From Trichormus sp. ATA11-4-KO1 (GTDB taxonomy: Bacteria; Cyanobacteriota; Cyanobacteriia; Cyanobacteriales; Nostocaceae): DNA of 64,000 nt. The stretch is from NCBI GenBank assembly GCA_019358915.1, contig JAHHIM010000013.1:1-64000 (forward strand), read 5' to 3'. Shown here in pieces: positions 8,737 to 18,912 of this stretch. Both the position numbers and the translations under genes were made by a program. A model generated the notes under the pieces. That model was not told the origin of the DNA, ran no database searches, and worked only from the letters and a program-made list of their open reading frames with translations. The number at the start of each line of letters is the position of its first letter. Position 1 is the first letter of the stretch.

Positions 8737-10281
8737 ATGCTAGTTAAAAAAATTACTAATCATATTTCTGTGTCATCTTTCAATGTTGCTTGGTTGATTA
8801 TCATGACTTTTTCAATACTGGGTTTAATAGGTATTCTCAACCATTCGATGTGGCGAGATGAACTAAATCCCTGGCTGATTGTTAGAGATAGTCAATCTTT
8901 TGGAGATTTAATTGCTAATATTCGTTATGAAGGACATCCTGTTCTGTGGTACTTTTCTTTGGCAGTGCTAAGGAAAATTGCTGATAATCCCATTATCATG
9001 CAAATTTTACATTTAGCTATAGCAATAACTTATGTGGCTATTTTTTGCTTGTATAGCCCTTTTAATTATAAACAAAAATTACTTTTTTCCTTTGGTTTTT
9101 TTCCTTTCTATGAATATCTTTTGATTTCGAGAAATTATGCATTTAGTATGCTGTTTGTTTTTGGTTTTTGTACAGCTTTTGCATCCAGAAAAAGAACTTA
9201 TGCTTACTTAGCAATTTTATTAGGATTACTGGCAAATAGTAGTGTTTATGCTTTATTTATATCATTTTCTTTATCATTAACTTTGTTAGTCGAATTTTGT
9301 TTTGATCATGAACATCGCAAGCAGTATTTTAGGCAAAGCCCAAAATATGATTTATTTTTAAGTATTTTTATTATCGTGTTTTCTTTTATTTTATCCATTT
9401 ATATTATTACTCCTCCGACAGATAGTTATCTTCATGGTGGGTTAAATAATGGATGGGTAATTCAATTAGATATTCGTAATTTCTTAAGAAGTATCGGTAG
9501 ATTATTTGGTAGTTATCTGTTAATCATACCATCAAGCAAAAGATGGCTGGATTTAATTGTTTGTGATTTAATTGTTCTATTTATCGTAGCTGTAACTTTA
9601 ATCAAGTTATCTAAGAAACCATTTGCTCTCTTTTTCTATATTACAGGAAATTGCGTGATATTGGCATTTACATACTTGAGATTTGCAGGTGTGCATCGAC
9701 ATTTTGGTCATTTGTATTTAGTTCTAATAGCAGCATTATGGCTGGGAAGTTATTATCAAGATTCTCCGTTTTTAATCAACAAATTTTCTATTAAACCTAA
9801 TTTATTTAAATTTGCTCAGAAATGGCAACATATTGCCTTGATGTTAATCCTTTATATCCAGTTCTTTGGAGGAATTTATGGATTCACTAAAGATTTAGTT
9901 ATCCCCTTTTCTGCAAGCCGTGAAACTGCTCAGTATCTGCAAAAATATCAATTAAGTAATGAATTTATTGTTGCTAGTCGAGATGCAAATATGGCTGCAT
10001 TATCGGGTTATCTCAATCGTAAATTTTATTATCCTGAACTGCAAAAAATGGGAAGCTTTACCTTATTTAATCAAAATCGCCAAAGTGTCGAACAACCCGA
10101 AATATTAAACCAAATTAATACTCTATTAAACAGTCAAAATCACAGAAACAGAATTTTGCTGATTTTACATAAACAACTGAATGCAAACCACAATGATTTA
10201 AAGATTACTCCTATCAAAAATTTTGAGAGGTCTTGGGTGGATAGCGAACGATATTATCTTTATTGGGTACATAAACAATAA
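8737..10281 (+). CDS. Polytopic membrane protein, possible GT-C fold glycosyltransferase
   Basis: More than 10 TM segments; WRDE and YEGHP after the first TM; RNYA motif; very AT-rich. ORF open from 8653. Confidence 0.6.
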   Translation: MLVKKITNHISVSSFNVAWLIIMTFSILGLIGILNHSMWRDELNPWLIVRDSQSFGDLIANIRYEGHPVLWYFSLAVLRKIADNPIIMQILHLAIAITYVAIFCLYSPFNYKQKLLFSFGFFPFYEYLLISRNYAFSMLFVFGFCTAFASRKRTYAYLAILLGLLANSSVYALFISFSLSLTLLVEFCFDHEHRKQYFRQSPKYDLFLSIFIIVFSFILSIYIITPPTDSYLHGGLNNGWVIQLDIRNFLRSIGRLFGSYLLIIPSSKRWLDLIVCDLIVLFIVAVTLIKLSKKPFALFFYITGNCVILAFTYLRFAGVHRHFGHLYLVLIAALWLGSYYQDSPFLINKFSIKPNLFKFAQKWQHIALMLILYIQFFGGIYGFTKDLVIPFSASRETAQYLQKYQLSNEFIVASRDANMAALSGYLNRKFYYPELQKMGSFTLFNQNRQSVEQPEILNQINTLLNSQNHRNRILLILHKQLNANHNDLKITPIKNFERSWVDSERYYLYWVHKQ

Positions 10282-10302
10282 ACTAGAAAAGCACTAATAC
10301 AA

Positions 10303-11418
10303 ATGAATACTGGTTTATTCACGATTAAAGAACTTACTGATGCCGTAGGTGGCGGGATTACACCACGTATGGTGAGACATTACCATCAATTAGGATTATT
10401 ACCACATCCAGCGCGATCGCCTAGTAACTACCGCCTCTATACAGATACAGATGTCATCAGGTTACAGCGAATTGTGGCACTGAAACAACAAGGGTTCCAA
10501 CTCAACCACATTCGCCACATTTTGGAAGTGGAACCAGAGACAGACACAACTAAAACCCTGACAGCACAACTCCAGCAGCAATATCGCACCGTGATGCAGC
10601 AAATTTCCCAACTGCGGCAAACAGCATCAGCATTAGAAAATTTATTAGGACGCGATCGCCATTGTCAAATTATGCAAGCTGAGGTGCTATCCCAACTCAA
10701 GTTACTGGAAGTAGAAACCCAAGTTGGACTGGGAGGACTAGAACAACTGTGGAGTGGCTTGGATGCGGAAGTCCATAATCATGCAGAAGCTTTTCAAGAA
10801 TCTTTACAACGCTTACTACCTGATTTATCTCACCGTTCGGAAATTGAACAACACCTAATTGCACAGTTGGTATTAGCTTGTGGTGATGTGAGTTTGGTGT
10901 CCTTTGTCAACTTGAATCCAGGCGCGATCGGCGCTAGTCGGGCAGCCCTCAAAGCAGGCTGTGATATTGTTGTAGATATACCCACAGTGGCAGCTGCTTT
11001 AGATCAGACAAGACTAGCTCACCTAGGCTGTCAAATTTTCACCTTAATTGATAACCCTCATGTCACCACCGCCCCAGAGGCTGAAATAGAATTTTGGCAA
11101 CGTCAGCAATGGCAAGAAAAAGTGCAACAAGTCAGCCCAGGTTCTGTACTAGTAGTTGGTTATGCGCCCTCAGTATTACTGGAAATCTGTGCAGCCATTG
11201 AACAGCAATATATTCAGCCTGCTTTAGTCATTGGGTTACCCATTGGTTTTAGCCATGCACCCGCAGCCAAACGTAGATTAATGCAACAAAAAATACCTTG
11301 GCTCACTGTTGAAGGAACATTAGGAGGTGGCTTACTCGCAGCTACAGCCCTAAACGCTTTAGTTGAGTCGTTAATTGATAAACCAGATTGCCATTGCTAT
11401 CTCAGCAGAGATATTTAA
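10303..11418 (+). CDS. coaR: CoaR/CorR cobalt sensor (MerR HTH + precorrin-8X methylmutase-like domain)
   Basis: MerR N-terminus (VRHYHQLGLL, NYRLY); CbiC/CobH-like domain (VGYAPS, IGLPIGF, GGGLLAA); C-terminal Cys-His-Cys. Confidence 0.88.
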   Translation: MNTGLFTIKELTDAVGGGITPRMVRHYHQLGLLPHPARSPSNYRLYTDTDVIRLQRIVALKQQGFQLNHIRHILEVEPETDTTKTLTAQLQQQYRTVMQQISQLRQTASALENLLGRDRHCQIMQAEVLSQLKLLEVETQVGLGGLEQLWSGLDAEVHNHAEAFQESLQRLLPDLSHRSEIEQHLIAQLVLACGDVSLVSFVNLNPGAIGASRAALKAGCDIVVDIPTVAAALDQTRLAHLGCQIFTLIDNPHVTTAPEAEIEFWQRQQWQEKVQQVSPGSVLVVGYAPSVLLEICAAIEQQYIQPALVIGLPIGFSHAPAAKRRLMQQKIPWLTVEGTLGGGLLAATALNALVESLIDKPDCHCYLSRDI

Positions 11419-11468
11419 TCATTGAAAAAACTAACCACAGATAAGAAGTTATAGCAAAGTGCTGAGTA

Positions 11469-11631
11469 TAGGACTTACGCAAGAACTCTCTGAAACCCTC
11501 TTTCCTTCGTGCTCTTCTCTTCGAGACGCTGCGCGGTAAGCGAAACTATGCCGAAGGCTTTACGTGTCCTTCGTGGTATGTGCTGCGCGCAAGCTTCGCG
11601 AACGTTTTTTCATTATTTTGCGTAAGTCCTG
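11469..11631. mobile_element. MITE with AGGACTTACGCAA terminal inverted repeats and GAGTA target duplication
   Basis: Left TAGGACTTACGCAA, right TTGCGTAAGTCCTG; GAGTA at 11464-11468 and 11632-11636; contains nested short repeats. Confidence 0.85.
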
Positions 11632-11729
11632 GAGTATAAACCCAGTTAATTTTGAATAATTTCATCGCCATTTAGGGGACTTCCAGAAAATAAATTATCC
11701 AATAAGTAGAACAGGGTAAATAATTAAAG

Positions 11730-11783
11730 GTTTGTAGTGAGAACTTTAGTTCTCAAATCAGGACTAAAGTCCTGACTACGAAC
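11730..11783. repeat. REP-like inverted doublet (GTAG...CTAC)
   Basis: GTAGTGAGAACTTTAGTTCTC...AGGACTAAAGTCCTGACTAC. Confidence 0.7.
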
Positions 11784-11899
11784 TGCGCAATCGCTTCGTT
11801 GATGCGTGAGACAAAAAAGTGTTTGCTTATGTTGCAACCAAGAACGGAGTGACACAGCAGACGGTAAACTGACAACTAGATAGCATTTCTCATGAAAAG

Positions 11900-12637
11900 A
11901 TGTCATTTACTCCTAGTCCCTCGCTGCGTGAGCAACAACATACCCTAATTCACCAACTAGCTGACTGTATTGAAGCAACATGGCACAAGCATTTGGATCT
12001 GTCACCTTACCATTTGCCTGCTGAGTTGGGATATGTAGAAGGTAGACTAGAGGGCGAAAAACTGACCATAGAAAATCGCTGCTATCAAACACCCCAGTTC
12101 CGGAAAATGCACTTGGAACTAGCAAAGGTGGGAAATATGTTGGATATTTTGCATTGTGTCATGTTTCCTCGCCCAGAATATGACCTGCCGATGTTTGGCT
12201 GCGATTTAGTTGGAGGTAGAGGTCAAATTAGCGCGGCGATCGCCGACCTATCTCCTGTTAACATAGAACGTACCTTACCGGAATCCTATAATACTCAACT
12301 TACAGCACTTACAGCACTGAACTTTTCCCAACCCCGTGAATTACCAGAATGGGGTCATATATTTTCCGATTTTTGCATCTTTGTTCGTCCCAGTTCCCCA
12401 GAAGAAGAGACAATATTTCTCCTGCGTGTGCAAGAATTTTTAGACATTCACTGTCAGCAGGCGATCGCTTCTAGTCCTGTTTCACCTGAAAAGTCGCTGC
12501 AAATTTTAGCTGGACAACGCAACTACTGCACCAAACAACAACAAAACGACAAAACCCGACGAGTACTAGAAAAAGCCTTTGGTCAAGATTGGGCAGAAAA
12601 TTACATGACCACAGTATTATTTGACCTACCCAACTGA
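11900..12637 (+). CDS. pcyA: Phycocyanobilin:ferredoxin oxidoreductase
   Basis: [25 protein letters not shown] and [16 protein letters not shown] motifs. Confidence 0.96.
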   Translation: MSFTPSPSLREQQHTLIHQLADCIEATWHKHLDLSPYHLPAELGYVEGRLEGEKLTIENRCYQTPQFRKMHLELAKVGNMLDILHCVMFPRPEYDLPMFGCDLVGGRGQISAAIADLSPVNIERTLPESYNTQLTALTALNFSQPRELPEWGHIFSDFCIFVRPSSPEEETIFLLRVQEFLDIHCQQAIASSPVSPEKSLQILAGQRNYCTKQQQNDKTRRVLEKAFGQDWAENYMTTVLFDLPN

Positions 12638-12649
12638 AGAGTGCTTTTG

Positions 12650-12674
12650 GAGTGCTGAGTGCTGAGTGCTGAGT
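12650..12674. repeat. STRR (GAGTGCT)n
   Basis: 3.5 tandem copies; same unit near 21097, 36453, 48792, 52820 and 52926. Confidence 0.85.
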
Positions 12675-12715
12675 AAAGAGTTATTAATCTCCCCCACTCC
12701 CTCATCTCCCCATCT

Positions 12716-12757
12716 GTAGGTTCTGTTACGTTTTTCCGTAACTGATGAATGTAGAAT
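12716..12757 (+). promoter_or_regulatory. NtcA-activated promoter of devBCA
   Basis: GTA-GGTTCTGT-TAC (12716-12729), 22-nt spacer, TAGAAT (12752-12757); canonical GTAN8TAC-N22-TAN3T. Confidence 0.85.
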
Positions 12758-13346
12758 TTATTCAACGAGAGTTTAATGGAGTTAGACAACAGTAGTCAGG
12801 TTTTTGGATTAAATATCCAAACTATATAAATCAAGGCAAACAAACCTACAAATCGGTTGACCACAAAGTTAAGGAAACTGTGATGTTAGGAACGCTCTAT
12901 TTGATATACATTTGTAGTTGGTCGCTGACTGACTGAATACTCGCTGCCAAAGCAAGAAAGTTTTTGAGACTGTTTGGTATAGCTGCTCAAAAATTCGGCA
13001 GAAAGTTATCTAATGTTTGAGAAAATGCTTGTGAGGTTGTACTCACAAATACTTGTGTGCGTGATTATATTTACTAAATTTATACCAGGTTGCCAACAGA
13101 AATAGTATTTGGGTGATGTAATTCTCAATTTTGAACCCTCTTAACTTTGTGTCCTTTGTGCCCTTTGCGGTTAGTTTATTCAATCTCTGGGATACGTTAC
13201 AATCCCATGTTTAAATAAACTTGCACATTTGGGATGCTCCCGCGATTATCAGCTTGCTATTTACTAAAAACTGTTTGACTGAATCTAATTACCCCTAATT
13301 CGCTTTTTTCCTTCCATCAGCACAATTCAAAAAGTGGGCAATAACC

Positions 13347-14786
13347 ATGTCAAGGGTGACTGAGAAGCCAAGCTCAAGAGAGCTGCTACTTGATCCGGAA
13401 CAACCTAAGATTTGGTGGGGTATCGCTGTAGCCCTGCCAATTGTTATCGCTGCTGGGCTACTAACTACAGCTAAAGTTGAACAGCTGAAAAAACTAGGCC
13501 CGTCTATACCCGTAAAACCAGTTACCAACAGTATTAGTGCTGTAGGACGTTTGGAACCACGAGGAGAAGTCTTGAAACTGTCTGCTCCTGCGGCTGGATT
13601 GCAATCTGCGTCACGAGTTCAGCAAATCTTTGTGAGAGAGGGAGAGCGGGTACGAAAAGGCCAAGTGATTGCAATTTTAGATAACCATGATACCCAACTA
13701 GCAGCATTGGAAGAAGCAAAAGCCAGACTGCAAGAAGCTCGGGCTAATTTCGCCCAAGTAAAAGTTGGCTCACCAAGAGATATTGAAGCTCAAACAGCAA
13801 TTATTGCCCGTATACAAGCCCAGTTAAACGGAGAAAGGGATGCTCAACAAGCAATGATTGCTCGGATAGCCGCTCAGTTAAGTGGAGAAAAACTGGCTCA
13901 ACAAGCAACAGTGAATCGCTTAGAAGCTGAACTTAGAGGACAACAAGATAGTTTAAGAGCAACAATTACTCGCATCCAAGCCGAACAGCGCAATGCTCAA
14001 GTTGATGCTGGACGCTATGAAATGTTGTACCGAGAAGGTGCTATTTCTCAGCAAGAACGGGACAGAAGAAGACTCAGTGCAGTAACTTCTAATCAGCAAG
14101 TTATTGAAAGTCAAGCCAACCTGAGGCAGGTACAGGCAACTCTAAGACAGCAACTCGCCGAAGCTAGAGCCAACCAAGTAGCAACTTTAGCCACTTTGCA
14201 ACAACAGTTAATTGAAGCCAGAGTTAACCGTGATAAGACTCTTGCAACTTTGCAAAGGCAAATTGACGAAGAAAAAGCCAGACTGAACCGACTTGTAGAA
14301 TTTCGTCCTACTGATATGCAAAGAGGACAAGCTCAAGTTAGTAATGCGATCGCTAATGTCAAACGAGCAGAAGCAGAACTAAAATTAAGCTACGTCCAAG
14401 CACCAATTGCTGGAGAAATTTTAGCAATTCACACCAAATCAGGAGAAGCTATCAGTCCTAATGGTATTGTTGAAATCGGCCAAACTGACCAGATGATGGT
14501 CATTGCTGAAGTTCCTGAAGATAGTATTTCTCAAGTACGTATAGGTCAAACTGCTACCATCACCAGCGAGAATGGGGCATTTAGCGGGCAATTAAAGGGA
14601 ACTGTTACCGAAATTGGCAGAAAAATTGGCAAAAAAGATGTATTGAGTATAGACCCAGTAGCAGATATAGATGCCAGAGTCGTAGAAGTCAAAATTGCCT
14701 TGCTGGCAGAAGATAGCCAGCGAGTTTCTGGTTTCACCAATGCCAAGGTAATTGCTGAAATTAATAGAGAATTAAATTCCAATTAA
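13347..14786 (+). CDS. devB: Heterocyst glycolipid exporter membrane fusion protein DevB
   Basis: HlyD/MFP fold with long coiled coil; SAVGRLEPRGEV and DARVVEVKI; first gene of an ABC operon after pcyA. Confidence 0.9.
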   Translation: MSRVTEKPSSRELLLDPEQPKIWWGIAVALPIVIAAGLLTTAKVEQLKKLGPSIPVKPVTNSISAVGRLEPRGEVLKLSAPAAGLQSASRVQQIFVREGERVRKGQVIAILDNHDTQLAALEEAKARLQEARANFAQVKVGSPRDIEAQTAIIARIQAQLNGERDAQQAMIARIAAQLSGEKLAQQATVNRLEAELRGQQDSLRATITRIQAEQRNAQVDAGRYEMLYREGAISQQERDRRRLSAVTSNQQVIESQANLRQVQATLRQQLAEARANQVATLATLQQQLIEARVNRDKTLATLQRQIDEEKARLNRLVEFRPTDMQRGQAQVSNAIANVKRAEAELKLSYVQAPIAGEILAIHTKSGEAISPNGIVEIGQTDQMMVIAEVPEDSISQVRIGQTATITSENGAFSGQLKGTVTEIGRKIGKKDVLSIDPVADIDARVVEVKIALLAEDSQRVSGFTNAKVIAEINRELNSN

Positions 14787-14812
14787 GCAGTAACACCAAT
14801 TTAACTTCCCGT

Positions 14813-14844
14813 AATTACGAATTACGAATTACGAATTACGAATT
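14813..14844. repeat. STRR (AATTACG)x4
   Basis: Seen directly between devB and devC. Confidence 0.9.
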
Positions 14845-14868
14845 GTAATAGCCTATCAAAATGAGAAA

Positions 14869-16023
14869 ATGACTCGTAAAATTCCTTTGTCGTGGCTACA
14901 ATTGACGCGAGAAAAAACTCGCCTAGCCGTGGCTCTGGCAGGAATTGCCTTTGCCGATATTCTGATGTTCATGCAAATTGGTTTTCGGGATGCACTTTAT
15001 TATAGTAACGTGCGGTTACATAGTAGCTTAAAGGGTGACATTGTTTTAATTAATAGGCAATCCAACGCCGTGCTGGCAATGGAAACTTTTTCTCAAAGGC
15101 GGTTGTATAAAGCCTTAGAATTACAAGCAGTCAAATCAGTACATCCCATATATTTGGATTATACAAGTTGGCGAAATCCGGTAACAGGTCGCCCTCGTAG
15201 CATTCTCATATTTGGGATTAATCCAGAAGATAATCTGTTTGATTTGCCTGGAGTTCAGGAGAATTTATCCAGATTAAAACTGCCGGATGTAGTTTTATTT
15301 GACCGTTCCTCCAGGCAAGAGTATGGCCCAATTGCTGCTGAATTAGATCAGGGAAAAACCTTAACAGCAGAAGTAAGAAGAAGGCGAGTTAGAGTAGAAG
15401 GATTATTTACTTTAGGTGCATCTTTTGGGGCGGATGGTAATTTAATTACCAGTGATATTAATTTTTTGAGGATATTCACTGACCGTCAGCGCGGATTAAT
15501 TGACATTGGACTAATTAGATTAAATCCTGGAGCTAATCCTTATATTGTCGCCCAACAATTGCGGAATTATTTACCCCAAGATATCAATGTTTTAACTAAG
15601 CAAGAGTTTATTGACTTTGAGCGGAATTATTGGGCAAGTAGCACAGCTATTGGATTTATTTTCACTTTAGGGACAATCATGGGTTTCATTGTAGGAACAG
15701 TGATTGTTTATCAAATACTTTATACGGAAGTTTCCGATCATTTATCTGAGTACGCTACTTTAAAGGCAATAGGTTATACACAACAATATTTATTAATTGT
15801 CATACTCCAAGAAGCATTGTTGTTAGCCTGCTTAGGATATATTCCTGGATGGCTTTTTTCAATGCTTATGTATTCTAGGGCTAGAGAAGCTACATTACTA
15901 CCAGTTTTCATGAGTTTTAGTCGGGCACTAACCGTGTTAATTTTGACAATAATTATGTGTTTTGTCTCTGGTGTTATTGCTGTACGTAAATTACGCTCTG
16001 CCGATCCAGCAGATATCTTTTAA
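14869..16023 (+). CDS. devC: ABC transporter permease DevC
   Basis: IPLSWLQL, LMFMQIGF, EYATLKAIGY and ADPADIF. Confidence 0.92.
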   Translation: MTRKIPLSWLQLTREKTRLAVALAGIAFADILMFMQIGFRDALYYSNVRLHSSLKGDIVLINRQSNAVLAMETFSQRRLYKALELQAVKSVHPIYLDYTSWRNPVTGRPRSILIFGINPEDNLFDLPGVQENLSRLKLPDVVLFDRSSRQEYGPIAAELDQGKTLTAEVRRRRVRVEGLFTLGASFGADGNLITSDINFLRIFTDRQRGLIDIGLIRLNPGANPYIVAQQLRNYLPQDINVLTKQEFIDFERNYWASSTAIGFIFTLGTIMGFIVGTVIVYQILYTEVSDHLSEYATLKAIGYTQQYLLIVILQEALLLACLGYIPGWLFSMLMYSRAREATLLPVFMSFSRALTVLILTIIMCFVSGVIAVRKLRSADPADIF

Positions 16024-16151
16024 TTAATATTAAACAATTGATTTTAATTAATTTAATTTCAGCAATGTAAAATATTACTTTAGTTAGTATTGAAGGCTTT
16101 AGCTATATTTTAAGGATCGAATTACTCACTTGTAACCAAGAACACTTAATC

Positions 16152-16865
16152 ATGAACCAAGAACCTGTAATTGCCATTAAAAATCTCAACCACTACTACG
16201 GCAAAGGCGCACTAAAAAAACAGATTTTATTTGACATTAACCTAGAAATTTATCCGGGAGAGATTGTCATTATGACTGGGCCATCAGGTTCAGGTAAAAC
16301 AACATTACTGAGTTTGATTGGTGGTTTGCGGTCTGTACAAGAGGGAAGTCTGAAATTTTTAGGTGTAGAACTGTTTGGCGCTAGTCAGAATAAATTGGTG
16401 CAAATTCGGCGTAATATTGGTTATATTTTTCAAGCTCACAACTTGTTGGGATTCTTAACTGCTACGCAAAATGTGCAGATGGCAGTGGAATTAAATAACG
16501 ATATCACTCAAAATGAAGCGATCGCCAAGTCAGAAGCCATGCTGGGGGCTGTTGGTTTAGAAGAACGAGTTAGTTATTACCCAGACAGTCTTTCTGGCGG
16601 ACAAAAACAAAGAATAGCGATCGCCCGCGCCCTAGTCAATAGTCCCCCACTGGTGCTAGCAGACGAACCAACGGCAGCTTTGGACAAACAATCGGGACGC
16701 GATGTTGTGGAAATCATGCAAGGTCTGGCGAAAGAACAAGGAACTTCTATCTTGTTAGTCACTCACGATAACCGCATCTTGGACATAGCCGATCGCATCG
16801 TGGAAATGGAAGATGGTATTTTAGTGCGTAATTCCCAAAGTGCCATTATCAGCGAAAAACCATAA
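16152..16865 (+). CDS. devA: ABC transporter ATP-binding protein DevA
   Basis: GPSGSGKTT, LSGGQKQR and LADEPT. Confidence 0.92.
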   Translation: MNQEPVIAIKNLNHYYGKGALKKQILFDINLEIYPGEIVIMTGPSGSGKTTLLSLIGGLRSVQEGSLKFLGVELFGASQNKLVQIRRNIGYIFQAHNLLGFLTATQNVQMAVELNNDITQNEAIAKSEAMLGAVGLEERVSYYPDSLSGGQKQRIAIARALVNSPPLVLADEPTAALDKQSGRDVVEIMQGLAKEQGTSILLVTHDNRILDIADRIVEMEDGILVRNSQSAIISEKP

Positions 16866-16949
16866 TTCATCACCCATAACTATTAAGTATTCAAACAGAA
16901 CTAATTACACAAATGATTTTTCTGTCACCTGTCACCGTTCGGACTTCGG

Positions 16950-16978
16950 CGTGTCGAACGCTGACGCTCACGCCGAAG
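16950..16978. repeat. GC-rich hairpin / small dispersed repeat between convergent genes
   Basis: CTTCGGCGTG...CACGCCGAAG arms, flanked by CCTGTCA-type heptamers. Confidence 0.55.
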
Positions 16979-16999
16979 CCTGTCACCTGTTCCCTACCC

Positions 17000-17803
17000 T
17001 TACCTTTTACCTCCAGAAGGCTTCTGCTGTGCGGCAACATTTGCTTGGCGACTCGTGCGAAAAGTTACATTTACACCTTCATTAGATTGTTCCAGCACCA
17101 GTAAGGGCGTAGGCTTAGCCTTTTGATCCCAATGCATATAGGCAATTCTTCCTTGAATTGTTGGTTGCCAAGTATCCTCACCTTCAATCGGGCTAAGATA
17201 AGTTTCAATACAATCAATAATTTGGCTGATGGTGGCAGAAGTTGCTTGTGTAGGTAACTTCATTAACCGGATTTGAATGCGAAACAGCACTCGTTTAGCT
17301 GCATTTGCACCAGCGCCGGTCTCATATTCTACATCAAAAATTTCATCTACCTGCCGTCCAGTGCTGCTGGCAATGCCGACAATTCCTTGCTGGGCTTGAT
17401 TTGGACGCAATGCTTGAGAAATTTTATCTTTAACCTTAATTTTCATTTGATTGACGATCGCAAAATGAAACACCTCTTCTGACATCCGCATCCGCAGATA
17501 GTCTAAGTTAAAGTCCCGTGAGTTTACCAAGTCGGGATTCGTTTCCATTTTGCGAATAGTTTCCAGCGCTAGTTTAAATTTTTTCTCTAGTTCTCGCGTC
17601 CGGAATTGTTCAAATTTAAGTTTTTTCTCTAATTTATCTAGCTGAAGTTTGCTACATATAATTAAACCAATCACCGCTAAAGCCAGTCCACCAGAAGTCA
17701 TCACCAAAAGTGGTGGTAATTGAGATTCATTAGCGATAATTTGTTGGGAAATCTTTTTTGTCTGCGACCCAGAGGATTGGGCAAGAAACATGGAAGTTAG
17801 CAT
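17000..17803 (-). CDS. Hypothetical protein (one TM plus coiled coil)
   Basis: Long ORF (open from 17857); TM followed by heptad region; no family recognised. Confidence 0.75.
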   Translation of the reverse strand: MLTSMFLAQSSGSQTKKISQQIIANESQLPPLLVMTSGGLALAVIGLIICSKLQLDKLEKKLKFEQFRTRELEKKFKLALETIRKMETNPDLVNSRDFNLDYLRMRMSEEVFHFAIVNQMKIKVKDKISQALRPNQAQQGIVGIASSTGRQVDEIFDVEYETGAGANAAKRVLFRIQIRLMKLPTQATSATISQIIDCIETYLSPIEGEDTWQPTIQGRIAYMHWDQKAKPTPLLVLEQSNEGVNVTFRTSRQANVAAQQKPSGGKR

Positions 17804-17916
17804 GGTTGGTAAATATACAAACAGAAACAGTTGATTTATTATCTTTAGGATGCCCAAATCCTGAATGCCATTTAGCTGTAAGATGATTATTTTTTACAGC
17901 TTTATGGAAACTGTAT

Positions 17917-18180
17917 ATGTATATACACAGAAATTTTCCTGTTCTCAGACAACTTACTCAAGCCGCATCTACCGACTTGAGTAATATCCGCCTAGTTGCC
18001 ACAGATATGGATGGTACGCTAACTCGCAGAGGTAAATTTTCGGCGGCGTTGCTGCAAGCGTTAGAAGATTTAGCCGCAAATGATATTAAAGTATTGATTG
18101 TTACCGGGCGTTCTACTGGGTGGGTGAGTGGACTAAGTAATTTGCTGCCAGTTGTCGGTGCGATCGCAGAAAATGGCTGA
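17917..18180 (+). pseudogene. Truncated HAD-IIB (Cof-like) hydrolase
   Basis: Motif I ATDMDGTL and motif II VTGR present; stops at AIAENG after 87 aa; cap domain and motifs III/IV missing. Confidence 0.8.
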
Positions 18181-18418
18181 AGGGGAAGGATTTTGTGAGC
18201 TATCTAGTTATATTTTACAAAGCTTGCAAATACAGCACAAAATTTAGACTTAATACTCGCCATCCTTCAGTAGTCATAAGTTTCACTGGTCTCTGTGAAG
18301 GTATCTATTTCTGTCTTTTGCAGGGTTAATCTTTGATAGTCAATTGATTAAATTTTATAAAGCAGGTGCTAATAAATGACATAAGCAACTGCTAATGTAG
18401 ACAGCCATCGGAGATTTT

Positions 18419-18874
18419 ATGACCTTCACTACCAATGAAACAGCAAGAAAATCTGTAGAACAATTTCGACGTTTTGATGTCGATACTCAGTTAGGTTTAC
18501 TGTGGTACGGCTATCTGGATATCAAAGATAATTTGATCCCCACCAATCAACCATCTGTACAAGAAACCGCAGCAGCTTTAGTTGATCAAATTGAGGCAAT
18601 GCCCAAAGAACAACAACTGCAAGCACAACGTGACATCGTTGCTTGTGCAAATACTGATATTAGCCGCACCTATAATGCTTTAAGTTCTAGCGCTAAGTTA
18701 GACGTATGGCTCAGACTAGCTCAAGGGATGGAACAAGGTACGATTATCCAAGTACCTTCTGACTATCAATTACCATCTGAAACAGACAACTTTGTGAATA
18801 CAATCAAAGGATGGGAGTTTGAGCAAAGGGTTGATTTCTTGCGTAGTGCAGTGTTTGAGATGGGTGCTAAGTAA
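18419..18874 (+). CDS. Helical carotenoid protein (stand-alone OCP N-terminal domain)
   Basis: DTQLGLLWYGY, QLQAQRD, KLDVWLRLAQGM and VPSDY motifs; 151 aa. Confidence 0.88.
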   Translation: MTFTTNETARKSVEQFRRFDVDTQLGLLWYGYLDIKDNLIPTNQPSVQETAAALVDQIEAMPKEQQLQAQRDIVACANTDISRTYNALSSSAKLDVWLRLAQGMEQGTIIQVPSDYQLPSETDNFVNTIKGWEFEQRVDFLRSAVFEMGAK

Positions 18875-18883
18875 TCTTTCACC

Positions 18884-18912
18884 CAACCACTTCCCCACAA
18901 GGGAAGTGGTTG
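18884..18912. terminator. Hairpin, putative terminator after the HCP gene
   Basis: CAACCACTTCCC-CACAA-GGGAAGTGGTTG, perfect 12-bp stem. Confidence 0.65.

Noticed and set aside
13700..14400. Internal repetition in devB as a duplication or insertion
   Set aside because: Explained by the normal long coiled coil of DevB.
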